Of a stretch of 64,000 bases of DNA, positions 1-12,735 are shown one piece after another (the stretch's first letter is position 1; each line of letters opens with the position of its first letter). Below the pieces are notes generated by a model. The model made no database searches and was not told the DNA's origin. It was given only the letters and a program-made list of their open reading frames with translations. The position numbers and the translations under genes are program-made. This DNA comes from Cheilinus undulatus (Eukaryota), in assembly GCF_018320785.1 (NCBI RefSeq), contig NC_054885.1, positions 14,981,132-15,045,131 of the forward strand, read 5' to 3'.

Positions 1-662
1 TGCTCATTGTGACATCACAGTGAGCCATTATAATAATACTTACCCCTTACCTGGTATCTCCACCCGTAGAACTTTACCCACAGCAGGGGGAGTGCACAGC
101 TGCATTGACGTTGGTACACCATAAGGAGGAGAGGGGCACGTTGAGAAGGATCTCATTTGCATACATTGAGAAACAAGCCAAAACAGAGGGTTCTGAGAAA
201 GGCAGTTAAAAGCATGTTTATACAGGGTCAAAACCTCCTCTGGTGCTTGATCTATATTATATTTTGAACAAAACACAGCACAGATATTTCATTTAGACCA
301 CACGAGACTGTGTTGCATGGTGGAAAAGGGATATATGTCACTGTTAAACGCTTTAACGTTTTCTCTTTACTTGGCAGAGTAACAAGATATGAGGGTCTTT
401 AACTCTCTGTAACACAGATGTTTAGTTGGATCAGAAGAAGTGCATCATCAAAGTTGGAGTCTTCAGTCATTTTCTCTGCTCTGGTAACCCTAAAGGGAGG
501 CTGTGCACTGTTGTACCTTTTGCACCTTTTGTATTTCTTGTATATATGCTTTTTAACTCCCTTTTTAAAGATTTTTAAGACTTTATCTTATTTATTTTTA
601 TGTGTGGTAACACCACAGCTGCTACAATTTTGTTGTATATTCCTGTACAATGACAATAAATG

Positions 663-700
<38 letters not shown>
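663..700. repeat. (ATCT)n microsatellite
   Basis: about 9 tandem ATCT units. Confidence 0.95.
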
Positions 701-701
<1 letters not shown>

Positions 702-733
702 AAAACACTTTTAATTCTTCATTTTTTGATAAT

Positions 734-751
734 TATATATATATATATATA
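734..751. repeat. (TA)n microsatellite
   Basis: tatatatatatatatata. Confidence 0.9.
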
Positions 752-1400
752 TTTAGTGATAGTGCATAAAAGTCAATGCTGCTTCTAATTATTGACATAG
801 GCCAGGCTGTAATAATTCAACACACAAAAAAATACTTTGCATGTGGTATATTGAAAATAATTTGATTTCTGTTTTTGTTTTTTTCATTGAAAAACATGTT
901 GGCATCATGACCAAAAAATGGCATTCAAAGGGTTAAAATATTCAAAAATGAATGAATATGTGATATCAATTTTTGGGTTAGCTGTAGTTGGAAAAATTAG
1001 CTCATTAAAAGTAGATTAAATATGAGAAGCTATCCTTATATGAGAAGCACATTTTTTTGCACTTAGCAGTATGAGAGGGAGTATGTGACATTGCACAAAA
1101 AATAGAAATGCATAATAACCAATGTTGCTGCTAATCTCTGACATATTCCAGTCAATACCAAAAAAAATACTTTGCATGTAGGATGTTGGAAATAATTAAT
1201 TTTCATCGAATAACATAATATCATCATGACAAAAAACTGGCAGATAAAATCTTTAAAAAATAATGAATATTTGACATCAATAATAAGGTCTGCTGTAGGT
1301 GAAAAAATAACACGATGAAAGAATAAAATATTAGTGTATAATACTTTTATAGCTGCAATATGAAAAACACATTTTTTGCACTTAGCAGCTTGAGTATGAC
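750..1400. repeat. two tandem copies of an about 330-bp unit (diverged)
   Basis: shared blocks ...aaaaaaatactttgcatgt(g/a)g... / ...atgagaagcacatttttttgcacttagcagtatgag... recur at about 330-bp spacing. Confidence 0.55.
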
Positions 1401-1871
1401 TAATTTTAAAACAATCCCGAAGGGTTAAATCAAAGCTTCAAATTGTGCTGTCTTAAAGTTTAGGTTAGCAACGAAACACAATAGTTTTAAAGCTGAAATG
1501 GCTGCTTTTCTTGGTCTCTTTGAATCTGATGCAGTTCTATTGATGAAACCAGCCAACAGTGCAAGTGTTGACATCAGCAATACAAAAACCCCACATCAGT
1601 TAAATGCCCTCTACACGTCAATAAACACTTATAATGTTTGAAAAACACTATATGTTCTTGTAAACCACTGATAGGGACCAGTTTTGTAAGTTTATACTGG
1701 TGTTACACCCTGGGTTTCTCATTCAGCTCCATCAACGTGACACTAAAGCTATCTTTGGCTCATTCCCAACAGCTGATCCAGATAAACTCAAACAGGGTAT
1801 CTTTTAACTAATTTCAGAGTGAACCCTGCCCCAAGCCCCTCTCCAACCCTTCACTCTATCGTCACCGTCTG

Positions 1872-2097
1872 ATGGCAAACAGTCCCACCGCCAGCCAGCC
1901 GTCCAACAGCATGGAGGAATCTCAGCAGCAACACCAGCAGCAGGACGCAGAGGCCCAAAACGCTGCTGTGACCTCGCAACCAGTCAGTGGTGAGCAAGAA
2001 GCCCCGCCCTCAACCACAGAAGCTCCTGATGGCGGTCAAACAGGAGGGGGCAAAGACATGGACCTCCTTACAGTGATCAATGACAACATGGAGACCA
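1872..2097 (+). CDS. prrt2: PRRT2-like dispanin (CD225 family) protein, exon 1 (ATG..phase-1 donor GTAAAT)
   Basis: ATG at 1872 in an aacATGg-like context; Q/E/P-rich N-terminus; donor a|gtaaat at 2098; phase matches exon 2 (a+gc=Ser). Confidence 0.6.
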
Positions 2098-2417
2098 GTA
2101 AATACACCTGTACTGAAATTATGCATGACCCTCCATGACCACCATCCATCATCTATCTCTGCTCTACCTCCAATGTTTCCTTCTTCTACTCTCCTTCTTC
2201 CTCTTTATTTTCTTCTTTTTCAGTAGTAGTGACAGAATGTTTGAATGAATGTTACATTGGCATAACTTGGAATTGAGTAAGACAATGTGCCGTGTAACTG
2301 TGCCCTACCTTTAATTCATTTCCATAAAAACCTCATCACATCATAAACATCGTAATCCATCATCTTCGAACTCCCTGGTTTTTACTAATATATCTCCTCT
2401 GCTAACTTCTCTCCCAG

Positions 2418-2707
2418 GCAACGGCATCGGCCCTGTGAGGGTCGACTCCTCTCCCACAGTGTCCTCTGTGTCGCCCAAACTGCATGCCAAGCCCGGTGGC
2501 CATGCTAACGGTCGGCCTGGTTTGGGCAGCCGGTCCGGCTCGGTGGCAGGGGGCTCACCCAGGCCCTCCCTCACCCGCCAGCCCAGTGCAATCACAGAGG
2601 CCACTGTGGATGGGTCCAAACCAAGGGACTACTTGATCCTGGCCATCCTATCCTGCTTCTGCCCACTGTGGCCCATCAACATAGTAGCCCTCACCTTCTC
2701 TGTGATG
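2418..2707 (+). CDS. prrt2: PRRT2-like exon 2 (Pro/Ser-rich linker + first CD225 TM segment: [29 protein letters not shown])
   Basis: acceptor ctctcccag|gc; CD225/dispanin signature DY..A..SCFCP.WPIN..A; donor atg|gtatga. Confidence 0.75.
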
Positions 2708-2920
2708 GTATGACTTTAGACTGTGGCTTTTGATAAGACATTAAAGAAAATTAGGATATGCAAGTCTCAAAGTCATGAATTGATCAACTAAATCTAATCT
2801 GGTATATATTATACCAAACATCAGACTATTTTTTTCTAAACTCTCTTTTCTAATTCAATAAAGTAGACGCAGGTTTGAGTTTTGATAATTTACCCATACA
2901 ATCCTTTCTCTGCTGTTTAG

Positions 2921-3061
2921 TCCCGGAACAGTCTGCAGCAAGGAAACATCGACGGAGCTCGACGTCTAGGCCGCAACGCCATGATTCTGTCTGTTGTCTC
3001 TATCTTGGGTGGGATTGCCATCATCACTGCTGCTATTGTCTTCAACTGGGGATGTAAGTAG
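2921..3061 (+). CDS. prrt2: PRRT2-like exon 3 ([46 protein letters not shown])
   Basis: acceptor tgctgtttag|tcc; strong resemblance to the PRRT2 C-terminal block [16 protein letters not shown] (from memory); TAG stop at 3059-3061; total CDS 657 nt = 218 aa. Confidence 0.75.
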   Translation, partial: SRNSLQQGNIDGARRLGRNAMILSVVSILGGIAIITAAIVFNWGCK

Positions 3062-3189
3062 CATCACACTGAACTGTAGTTTTAAAAAAGGTAACAAAAA
3101 CAGTGACAAGAAGTTACATAAAAAGGAAAAAGTATTTCGCTGTTAGACTATTACACTAATAGTGACTGTAATGCATTGTACTTAAATGC

Positions 3190-4100
3190 ATGTACTTTTA
3201 CATGGAGTTGGTTGGAAGGCTTCCCACAAGATTTTGGAGTGTTTCTGTGGGAATTTGTGCCCATTTGTTCTGTAGATCAATTATGAGGTCAGGCACTGAT
3301 GTCGGATGAGAAGGCCTGGGTCGCAATCTCCACTCCATTTCGTCCAAAAGGAGCTTGATAGGGTTAAGGTCAGGGCTCTGTGTGGGCCAGTCAAGTTCCT
3401 CCACACCAAACTCATCAAATGATGTCTTTATAGTCCTTGCTTTGTGCACTGGGGTACAGTCATAAACAAACAGAAAAAGGCTTTCCCTAAAGTGTTGCCA
3501 CAAAGTTGGAAGCATAGCATTGTCCAAAATGTCTTGGTCTGCTGTAGCATTAAGATTGCCCTTCACTGGAGATAAGGGGTCTAGCTCAAATCCTGAAAAA
3601 CAGCCCCATACCAGTATCCCTCCTCCACCAAACTTCACAGTTTGTACAATGCAGATAACGTTCTCCCGGCATCTGCCAAACCCAAATGTGCCCATTTGTC
3701 TGCCAAACAGAAAGCTGGTTCATCACTCCACAGAACACATTTTCAGTGATCCACAGTCCAGTGCCAGACGACTCCATTTGGTCTTTGGTATTGGACTTGG
3801 CAACGTGAAGCTTGCATGCGGCTGCTCGGCCATTAAAAGTCATTCAATGACGCTCTGAAGTTTTGGCATTGTGTTGCAGACTTTTACACACCGTGAACCT
3901 TAGCAGTTGTTGACCCTGTGCTGTGATTTTACATGGTCTTCCTCCTAAACACTTCCACTTTCTAATATCACTTTTAGTCAATTGTGGAATATCCAGCTGG
4001 GAGGAAATTTCACAAACTGTGGCATCCATCACAGTACCACGCTTGAATTCACTGAGCTCTTTGAAACGACCCATTTTGTTTCAACTGTTTTGCAAATAGA
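3190..4100 (-). mobile_element. Tc1-like transposon remnant (transposase HTH N-terminus 3844-4074 and DDE C-terminal part 3198-3695, frame-disrupted)
   Basis: ORFs MGRFKELSEFKRGTVMD... and ...FVYDCTPVHKARTIKTSFDEFGVEELDWPTQSPDLNPIKLLLDEMEWRL, typical Tc1 transposase motifs; lies immediately 3' of the prrt2-like stop. Confidence 0.8.
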
Positions 4101-4125
4101 GACTGTATGGCTGGGTGCCTGATTA

Positions 4126-4226
4126 TAGACTAGGAGAGAAGGTCCGCACACCAAAGAGCTCCCATATCAGTTTTTTTATTAGCCTGATACGGGTGCTCTT
4201 TGGTGTGTGGACCTTCTCTCCTAGTC
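4126..4226. repeat. near-perfect inverted repeat / hairpin (about 33-bp arms, about 35-bp loop)
   Basis: tagactaggagagaaggtccgcacaccaaagagc ... gctctttggtgtgtggaccttctctcctagtc are reverse complements with a single mismatch. Confidence 0.7.
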
Positions 4227-7200
4227 CTCTAGGCTGCTTTTGGATCCTGCTCCCTATCCACTGATGTGTGTGCTCTATCTCTGATTGTTATAAGGTGCTT
4301 GATTTTATACACCTGTGGCTAGAGGTCTGATTAAAACACCTGAATTCAATAATCAACAGGCGTTGCCAAGAACTTTTGTCCATATAGTATATGTTTGTCC
4401 ACATTTGTAAAATGATGCAGGTGCAGTGTGTTTCTTCACGACCCTGACGGAGGCCTCAAGCCAAAATATTTTGACATTTGACATGATTTTGTCAATGAAA
4501 ACAGGTCAAATTGATGTTCAACTGGGTTTAGGGAGATCAAAATTATGAAGACATACCAGGGTGTTACAGGAGGGAGATACAGCCAACAAGCAGCAAACAT
4601 GCACCCAGTCTGAAAGAGATAAAAGTGTACAAATCAGGACAATCAGACCTTTAGCCACCATTGAAAAGCCAGCTATAATAACAAAAGAGGCCCCACACTT
4701 TGCTAGGAAATTTGCTTTGTTTCTAAGTATTATTTTTTTTTTAAAGATTTTCAACCAGCCCTAAAGTTTTGTTTCATTCTGCTTTTCTCTTGTCTGCAGT
4801 GATATTAAAATCCTGATAAAACTGGGCTTGAATTACAGGACCGACTTGATGACAGCATCTGACCGACTTCCTCCCTCCGATATCCTGAAGCACTATCCTT
4901 CTCAAGCACCTGCACCAGATGAAAAAAACATCTGTTCCTGTACTTTGCTGTTGTTTCTTGCTGCACGAAGAGCATGGTCTGCCTGACGCTCTACCTCCAA
5001 CACGACCCAACGACCAACCCACTCCTGAACCTATGCTCTATTTTGAAACGGATGAGGAAAAATTGATGGATCATGAGATGCTTTTTCCATTCTTATGCAG
5101 AATTTCATGCGTACTTCCTCAGACCACTTTTCTCATCGATGAACATGCAGGTCTTTTGTCATGGGAATTGGCATCTGTCTCTATGGAAACTGGATTATTC
5201 TGACCTCTTAATGAATCTCCATGCTGCAGGTCCAGTTATGAGCAAACTGTAGGACACGGTTTTCACTTTTTGATGCCAAAAAATAGAAACCTTTGCTGAA
5301 CTGAAGCTGGAAGATGCTGCAGTTGTGGTTGTTTGACATGAACTGAAGAAGAAACAGTCAGTCTTGTAGCGGTAAAGGCTGGAAACACAAACAGAGTGAC
5401 CTGCTTTTAAGAAAGTGGTGGATTGTTTCATCATTTATCTGCTCTTGTAGGCGTTTGTAGAGCACACACAAGCATCTCAGTGTTTCACTATCCATTTTAT
5501 AAACATAGTGCACAACCATCAATAACAGATCTTCATATTAGAAAAACACTATAGGATGAATCTGTGATATCCCATACTTTTCCTCTCATCAAGATCCAAA
5601 ACAACATTGGGTTCCTTTGTCTCCTAATTCTTTCTGACCTCCTATATGTGGCTATCAGCTCCAAACCTATTGGTTCAAAGAATGCTCACATAAAAATAGC
5701 CTCTTAGTCTAGCCTTATTTTCAAAAAAGGCCCAGTCATCTTTGAAAACTCAAGCTGCAGAGTACATTGTTATTTCTGGGGACTATTTTTAGTGGCGGAT
5801 GAATCCCTATTTAGTCTTTACTTGAGTATTGTTAGAATCAGGACTTTCTAAATGACACAGATACACATTAGTTTGACTCCTCATGAGAGTTGATGACAAT
5901 GAGTTGTCTCTTTGGTGGCAGGTAGTACACACCCTCCCCATCTGATTGGCCAATTAGACTTTACATAAAAATATGGACATAGTCTCAGTGAAGTCGACCA
6001 CCGTTTCTTGAAGAGGCATTGTGAAGCATAACAAAAGCGGTTGCCATATTAGATATGGTTAAATCAGCTAATGAATGAATATCTTGATCGTTGAACAGGT
6101 CCATCAAGCTAGCCTAGCTCATTATTTTGCTAGCATTTTCTACAAGATGAAAACAGCATGATAAAACGCCAGGTCATTAAGGGATGTAAGTGAAGCTTAG
6201 CCTTTTTATGCAAAACTTTTGCCTTAATATAATGTAACAGATGATATTTATCCCAGATTCAGCTTTTATATGGGCTCAAGTGAGGGTTCCATGGTTTTTG
6301 GAGCCAGCCCTAAGTGGACTCTTAAGGAGCTGCAGTTTGTTATACTTCAAACCTAGATTTGTTCTCAACACTGGAGATTGCTGACATGAATTTGACCTGA
6401 TTTCTACCAGAGAACAATGCCTCCTCACAGCAAAATCAGCAGTGTTAATCAAACACCTATAGTTTATTTTTTATTTTTTTACGCTTTCAAAGTGTCTATA
6501 TTGGTCCATACTACATAAAGTTATAACTACGCTTAAACATTTGAAACTATTGAATATTTTACAGTATGACAGAATTAAATCAACCGTTGATGGCTGAAAT
6601 TTAAGACTGATGGACACTGGTTTGTGTGAATTTTACATGCCGCTATTGTACAGTGTTAAAGGTTTACTCAATCCAGTGTTATACTTTTTTAAGACTAATG
6701 AAGAGTTGGTTACATTAGCACTACACAGCAAAATCACTTGTGTTGAATTAACACTGACAGTGTTAAAACTAAAGCTAGAAAAGTTTATGTGTCCACTCTT
6801 TTGAGTATTAATTAAACAATTTGGAAAGTGTTAATGTTTAACTCTGTCTCATCTGGTGGAAATCTGAGGCATTTATCATTTTTTGTTTTTTTACACGGTA
6901 CAAAGCGGTCTCAATGTTTATAGATTGCCACCCCACGTAAATGATGAAGACTGTGCCCTGAGTTGATTGTCTGCACTTTCTCAGCTTTTACAGACCAACC
7001 CATTATCACAGTCAGGAAGTGACCAACTTAGTAGATAACTTCACTCACGGTGCAGAAGAGTTTAATGTAAACAAAATAACAATAATAATTCACCACAAAC
7101 AAAAGCAAAGGAATCTCAGCAGTGATCACTGTACAACAGGCAACATCTAAACACAATTTAACACTCACACTGCACAAAGGCATGATTGGGAAAACTGCCC

Positions 7201-10200
7201 CCTAGATTTGACATGGCAGTGGGTACAGAGTTAGATTAACTTTGAATGGATCAACACTATCAAACAACTCCAACACTGAGGGGCATTTACTCTGAATGGA
7301 GTTGAAATTACACTGGTTAAAGAGTTAAAATCAGCTGTAAAAAGTCTAACACTTAACACTGCAGATTTTACTGTGCCCCCGGTTCTGTTCCTCTTCAGAA
7401 AGGAGCTTATGACTGTTACATGCATGCTGCTTTCACTTTGAGCTGAAACATTTAAATTGCTGATGGACGCAAGAGATGTTAACCTTTCTTCTGATGACTG
7501 ACAGGAAACAAGGTAAAAAAAAATAAATCTCTGTTTTCTTCCTAGAGGACTCTAGCAAATCCTGCAATATCCTCTTATTGATCCCCTTTAACAGATACAA
7601 TTGGTCAGCTGTAAATGAGAAAACAATACAATAGGAGCTTTATTTCAAAAGGTCACATCCTGTGCAGCCTTGGTTGTAACTCAGTGCATTCTTTCATGAA
7701 GCATTTTTTAATGATAACCTTACCAAAATAAAGGGTTGTGAACAGAAATAGTAACTAAGTGTTTAGAACAGATTTTTAAATGTTTAAATTTTTTTTAATT
7801 TGTTAACACAGAAATAAACTACAGCCTCTTCCAGGTCGATCATAGAAGGAATTTGTCATTTTAAATCAGTGTCATCCTCATCCAGTAAAAACTCAGAAAT
7901 TCAATTCTAATCGAATTCAGTCCGGCCTCTTCAGCCACAACATTTAGCCAGTGAGTGTTCTGTTAAAGTTCTTTATGCTCCACGTTTTGGTCCTTCTGCT
8001 GACTTTCCCCCTTCATTTTCTTCAAACATAACATTTGATTTTTAACTGTGTACTCTACCTCTCTATCTCCATGAAGAAAAGCAGCAGGAGTGTTTGAGGA
8101 GAGGGTTAAGTGCTCGGCTGTGGTCGCCGGGACGCCTAAGTGCGTCTCTTTGCCTGTAACTGATTCCAGCTGAGTCCCTCTGATTCAAACCTATTTAATT
8201 ATTCTGTCTGACCGCAGTATGTGCAGCGTTTTCTACTTTAATGGATGTGAAGTGATCGGCAGTTTGATGCTGCTCCCTGCGATCTCCAGGCCCCTCTATT
8301 AATTTGGGAGATTAGGGTTACATTTCCACCACAGATCTGGGCTAGCCATGACTTCCTGTGCACCACAATGTGCTCTGACATGACATGGATCAGCGTTATT
8401 ACTCCTAATTTGGTTTCATTATCTGTCCAGGCTTTTAATTTAAGTCCCCACACCCCTTTCTTTCGACCTTCGTCTATTATTTTTTAAGTTGGTAATTTCA
8501 GCCTGACTCCTGCTTCGTAACATATTTCTGTGTAACTCTGGTCTTGAATCACAGTCATTCAATCAGATGCTCATCCTCTAAATCCTTTTTCAGTATCAAT
8601 TCTACAGCTAATGTAGGATGCCAGCAAGCATAACACTCAACTGTGTCACATTTTCATTACTTATTCATCCATATTGTTAGGGTTTTAAAAATTATAGCAA
8701 AAGTTTTGAAGAAGTTTTTCTCTCTATTTTCCCTATATTGCCCTCCCTTCCACAGTTTGCAGAAACTCCTCAGTTTTATTGGTGCAATGCATCTTGGGCC
8801 TATCAAAGCACACTAACAATCTAGCATATTTTCAGATTGTTCATTTGATCCGATTTCATTTCTCATTGCAACACCTTACAAAATCAAAACCAGCTTAGAT
8901 GTAAGGTGCACTTGGGACACGACTTTAGCAATGAAATTAAATGGCCTATAACTAATTCGAAGTTCTGGTTTAATAGTTAAATGACACCTCATCCACTGTT
9001 CACAATGCTCGAAATGCAAAATGCTGCTGATCCATCTTCATCTGGTCATTTATAAACCTAAAATAAGCATTTTTGTTCTTCTCCAGTGTCTTAAAATCCT
9101 CCAGGGATTGTTTGTGATCTTAAACTAAAGCATGAAAACCCACATGAACAAGCTAGTTTAAACTAGCACGGCGTTGTGACACCTTTTAGGGTTTACCTGC
9201 TGTCTAACAGCTTCTTTTACACCGCCATAGAGCTCATCTTGTCCTTGTTGAATCAGCTTCGTCTCAGCTTTCAGAGCCTCAGTGTGACGCTGTGCCAAAC
9301 ACCTGAGTGGTTGCCAACCTGCACAAGAACAGCCCTCACATTTCTGTTAGCCTGTTATATTTAATGTGATAAGCTAACAGCCACTCCTTGGACGTATTAG
9401 ACAGAGGGAATAAAGCTGTTGTTATGGGACAAAATCAGCCTTTATCTTATATAACCTGTGCATGTTTACAGTATTTATTACGGGACGCTTTTACATGAGA
9501 CTGTAGCCTCATTTAGCAGGAAAGCTAACTGAGTAGCACTTTGTATATAAACAGTTTGGGGAATTGTTGAATCGACAAAGTTACGATACCTTCTTTTTCT
9601 CTACATGTCGTCATGAAGACGTAACTGATTTAGTCGACTTGCCGCCAAAAAGTGTTTTCTAGAAGCAGGAAGGAGAACGCACAGCTCAAAGCTTCAAAAG
9701 ACAGCAACACATTTGAACCAGTCATTTGGCGTCTTTGCGTAGAGGAGAGGTCAGACGAGGTCCAGCTCAGAGGTAGAGAGTGGGGGCAGAGTGGAGGGTC
9801 GTGTAAACTTGCCTCCGTCTCACCCACACCTTCACGCTACTCACTCTTGTACTGTATGTAGCATGCCTGTTTACTATTCACATTATGCAAAAAAAAAAAA
9901 AGAGGTCCCAGCTCGATGTCAGTATGAATGCTAGCTTCCCTGAGTTTTGCTATGGTTGTGTACTTGTACACGGTTTTGTATGGACTTTGCTTGCGCTACC
10001 TCTCAGAGTTGCCTACAGTGTTTTATCAACAGCGCCTCACATCATTTCAATTTGATGAGTTTAACTGACTGTTAAATCCTTCGTGCTATTGTTTGTATTT
10101 TTGCTCTTTTGTGCTTTTGGAGATTTTCACAGCTAACATTGTAAATGTGATATTAATGTGCAGGATTTTTAATGTGAACACAGTCCCACATCTTTACAGT

Positions 10201-12112
10201 CATTTATCTTAACTGGCAAAAGTTCTGTAAATAAAAGGACTACAAATATTAGCATATTTAAAGGTACAAGCAGAAAACTGCCGATAATCAAGTGGTCTTA
10301 CACTAAGAAATCAACAGTTCTGAGGAAGATTTTTGGTTGATTATAAATGAAAAATGGATGCTAGCTGTACAGGGGAAAACTGTAACAAGCCAAAATGGTT
10401 TGAGTCATGAAATAGTCAAAATATGACCCACAATAGCTATACTATAATAGCTTTTCTGCTAGTGATGGTAGCTAACTAAAGAGTCCCACTAAAGCTAAAA
10501 AAGTTATAGTAAAGAAAGACAAACACACGTCCAAATTTTTGGCTCCACCACACTAGTGTAGCTACTGTTAGCTAATAAGCTAAAATAGCTAACATGGCAG
10601 TGAAGTATTTTGTTTCGCTTGACATCAGCTAGTAAAGCAGTGTACTGTTTTTTCTTTTATGCTAGCTGGACTCAAAGTAAACTGGAGAAAAAAAACATAG
10701 CTGACTGTTTTGACTGTTGGTTTACAATGTTTAGTTTTCTTTTAAGCTAGCAACATTTCTGAAAGGTGTATAGAAAAAAGTTACGTTAATTTAAAGCTCT
10801 GAATGAATATGCTAGCAATGCTTACTCTTAAATAAACCTGATTAACAATGCTGTACAACCTTGGCGACTCAAGCTTCAGATATTTTCTTCTCAAAGGGAT
10901 TTTACCAGAATAGCTCCAGGAGCCCCTCCAAAACTACTTACTTGGCCTTACACACTTCCTAGAGAAACATGAAAAACATCATCTGTAAGCCAAAATTATC
11001 CGAATTTATGTAGTGTGCTACTGGACAGAGAAACATGGACATACTTGGAATTTGGCTGTTCACTAATGTTTTCTTGACATTCACTAAATAATTCAGACGT
11101 ACAGTTTAACAATTCATGTGCTCTAAATGTTGGATTTCTAAAATAGACTTTCAGGCTTTAGCAACAAAAGGAGTGACTGCTGACATTCCTCCAACATATA
11201 CAATAATAAATGGAAATATCAGATGATAATGTAGCCAGTTCAATAGGATCCCGCTAAGTCTAGGGTCAGAAAATAAAATATTTACTCTAACATTTATTTT
11301 TATCAGGGGGAAATGCTGAAAATCTTCCACAGAACTCCACCAACTAGTGTAAATAGATGCTGTATTTTGTGGTTAATTTGACGTTCACACTTTGACACCT
11401 TTGAAATCCTCCTGTATTTATGTTGTTTCATGTCACCCTCTCACTTTATCCTTTCAATTATTTTTGTAAATGCCCCTTTGACACCTGATCTTTGTATTTT
11501 TATATTTCTATTCCTATTCTCCGGATCACTTTTGTATGATAATCTACTGTTTGTGACGCTCTGTATTAGCTGCTTCCTGCTCGCTTTTTTAAACTGCAAG
11601 GTTTGGAGGGGGAGGACTCTGTTAGCATGAATAGACTTCATTATGTCTTTCTCTAATTATTGATTGCTATCTCCTGACACTGGACTCTTTCTGTGCCTGT
11701 GCATGCCTTAAATTGAATGCTCTGTGAAGCATCCAGAATGAGTATGGGTGTACACACTACATTTATCAAAGACACTATTGATCTTGACTACTGATGTAAA
11801 GTATCTGAACATGTTTGAAGGGAATAAATCCCAGTTCAATACAACCTCCTGTGAGTCTGCTTATGGTGAATCAATGTGAGGCAGCATGCTCAAAGATATT
11901 CCTGGATATGACTTGTGCGATCACTGAAAATTCCCAGGAGTTTAATGCATGTCTTTGTACAGTAACAGGAAGTGTTCACATCCTGAAATGTATGTTGTGG
12001 GTCTGATGGTGACTCACAGTTTTGTAAGACATCAATGTATGACGAACCACTTACTGAGAAAGCCACTATAAACACCCTATAAAAACCAGTAATACTGCAG
12101 GCATTAATAGAA

Positions 12113-12735
12113 GCCTAGGGGACCGCTTATGATGCTTACAAGAAAGGCCTTTCTTCAGGTCAGGCTTTTCCCCAAGTGAAGGAGTTCAAGTATGTCAGGG
12201 TCTTGTTCACGAGTGAGACTGTCAGGTGGATTGGTTCAGCAGCAGTGTTGCAGGCTTTGTACCAGACCATTGTGGTAAAAAGGGAGCTAAGCCAGAAGGC
12301 AAAGCTTTGTCAAATTACCAATCCTCAATGTTCCAACCCTCACCAATGATCATCAGCTTTGGGTATTGACCAAAAGAATGAGATTACTGCCACAAGTGGT
12401 CGAAACGAGATTCCTCTGGAGGGTGTCTGAGCTAAGTGGTAGAGATAGAGTGAGAGGCTTGGACATCCGGAGGGATCTCAAAGTAGAGCCGCTGCCACAT
12501 CACGTCAAAAGGAGCCAGTTGAGCAGCTCAGGCATCAGAATCCAACTGGAAGACCCCTTGGTAGACCCAGAACTTGCTAGAGGGATTATATATCTCATCA
12601 GCCTTGGAACACCTTAGGAGGAACTGGAAAACGTTATGGTATGCGGGGTATGGGGGATGTCTAGGTTGACATACTTTGCCTGCTTCTACCGCAACTCGAC
12701 CTCAGATAAGAGGAATAAGATGGATGGATGGATCA
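12113..12735 (+). mobile_element. LINE (Rex/L2-like) 3' reverse-transcriptase fragment ending in (GATG)n
   Basis: frame-decayed translation resembles fish LINE RT C-terminus (…VKEFKYLRVLFTSE…IRRDLKVEPLPHHVKRSQL…); tail ggatggatggatggatc. Confidence 0.6.

Noticed and set aside
3050-3061. possible GTAAGT donor at 3054 that would extend the prrt2-like CDS into a further exon
   Set aside because: The in-frame stop two codons later gives ...FNWGCK*, which matches the length and character of the PRRT2 C-terminus. A Tc1 insertion follows immediately, and no downstream acceptor or exon was found. An alternative 3' exon cannot be fully excluded.
4774-5203. ORFs 4774-5022 (-) and 4919-5203 (+) just downstream of the prrt2-like gene
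   Set aside because: No homology was recognised, the frames overlap on opposite strands, and there is no splice consensus. They are likely 3'UTR or intergenic sequence.
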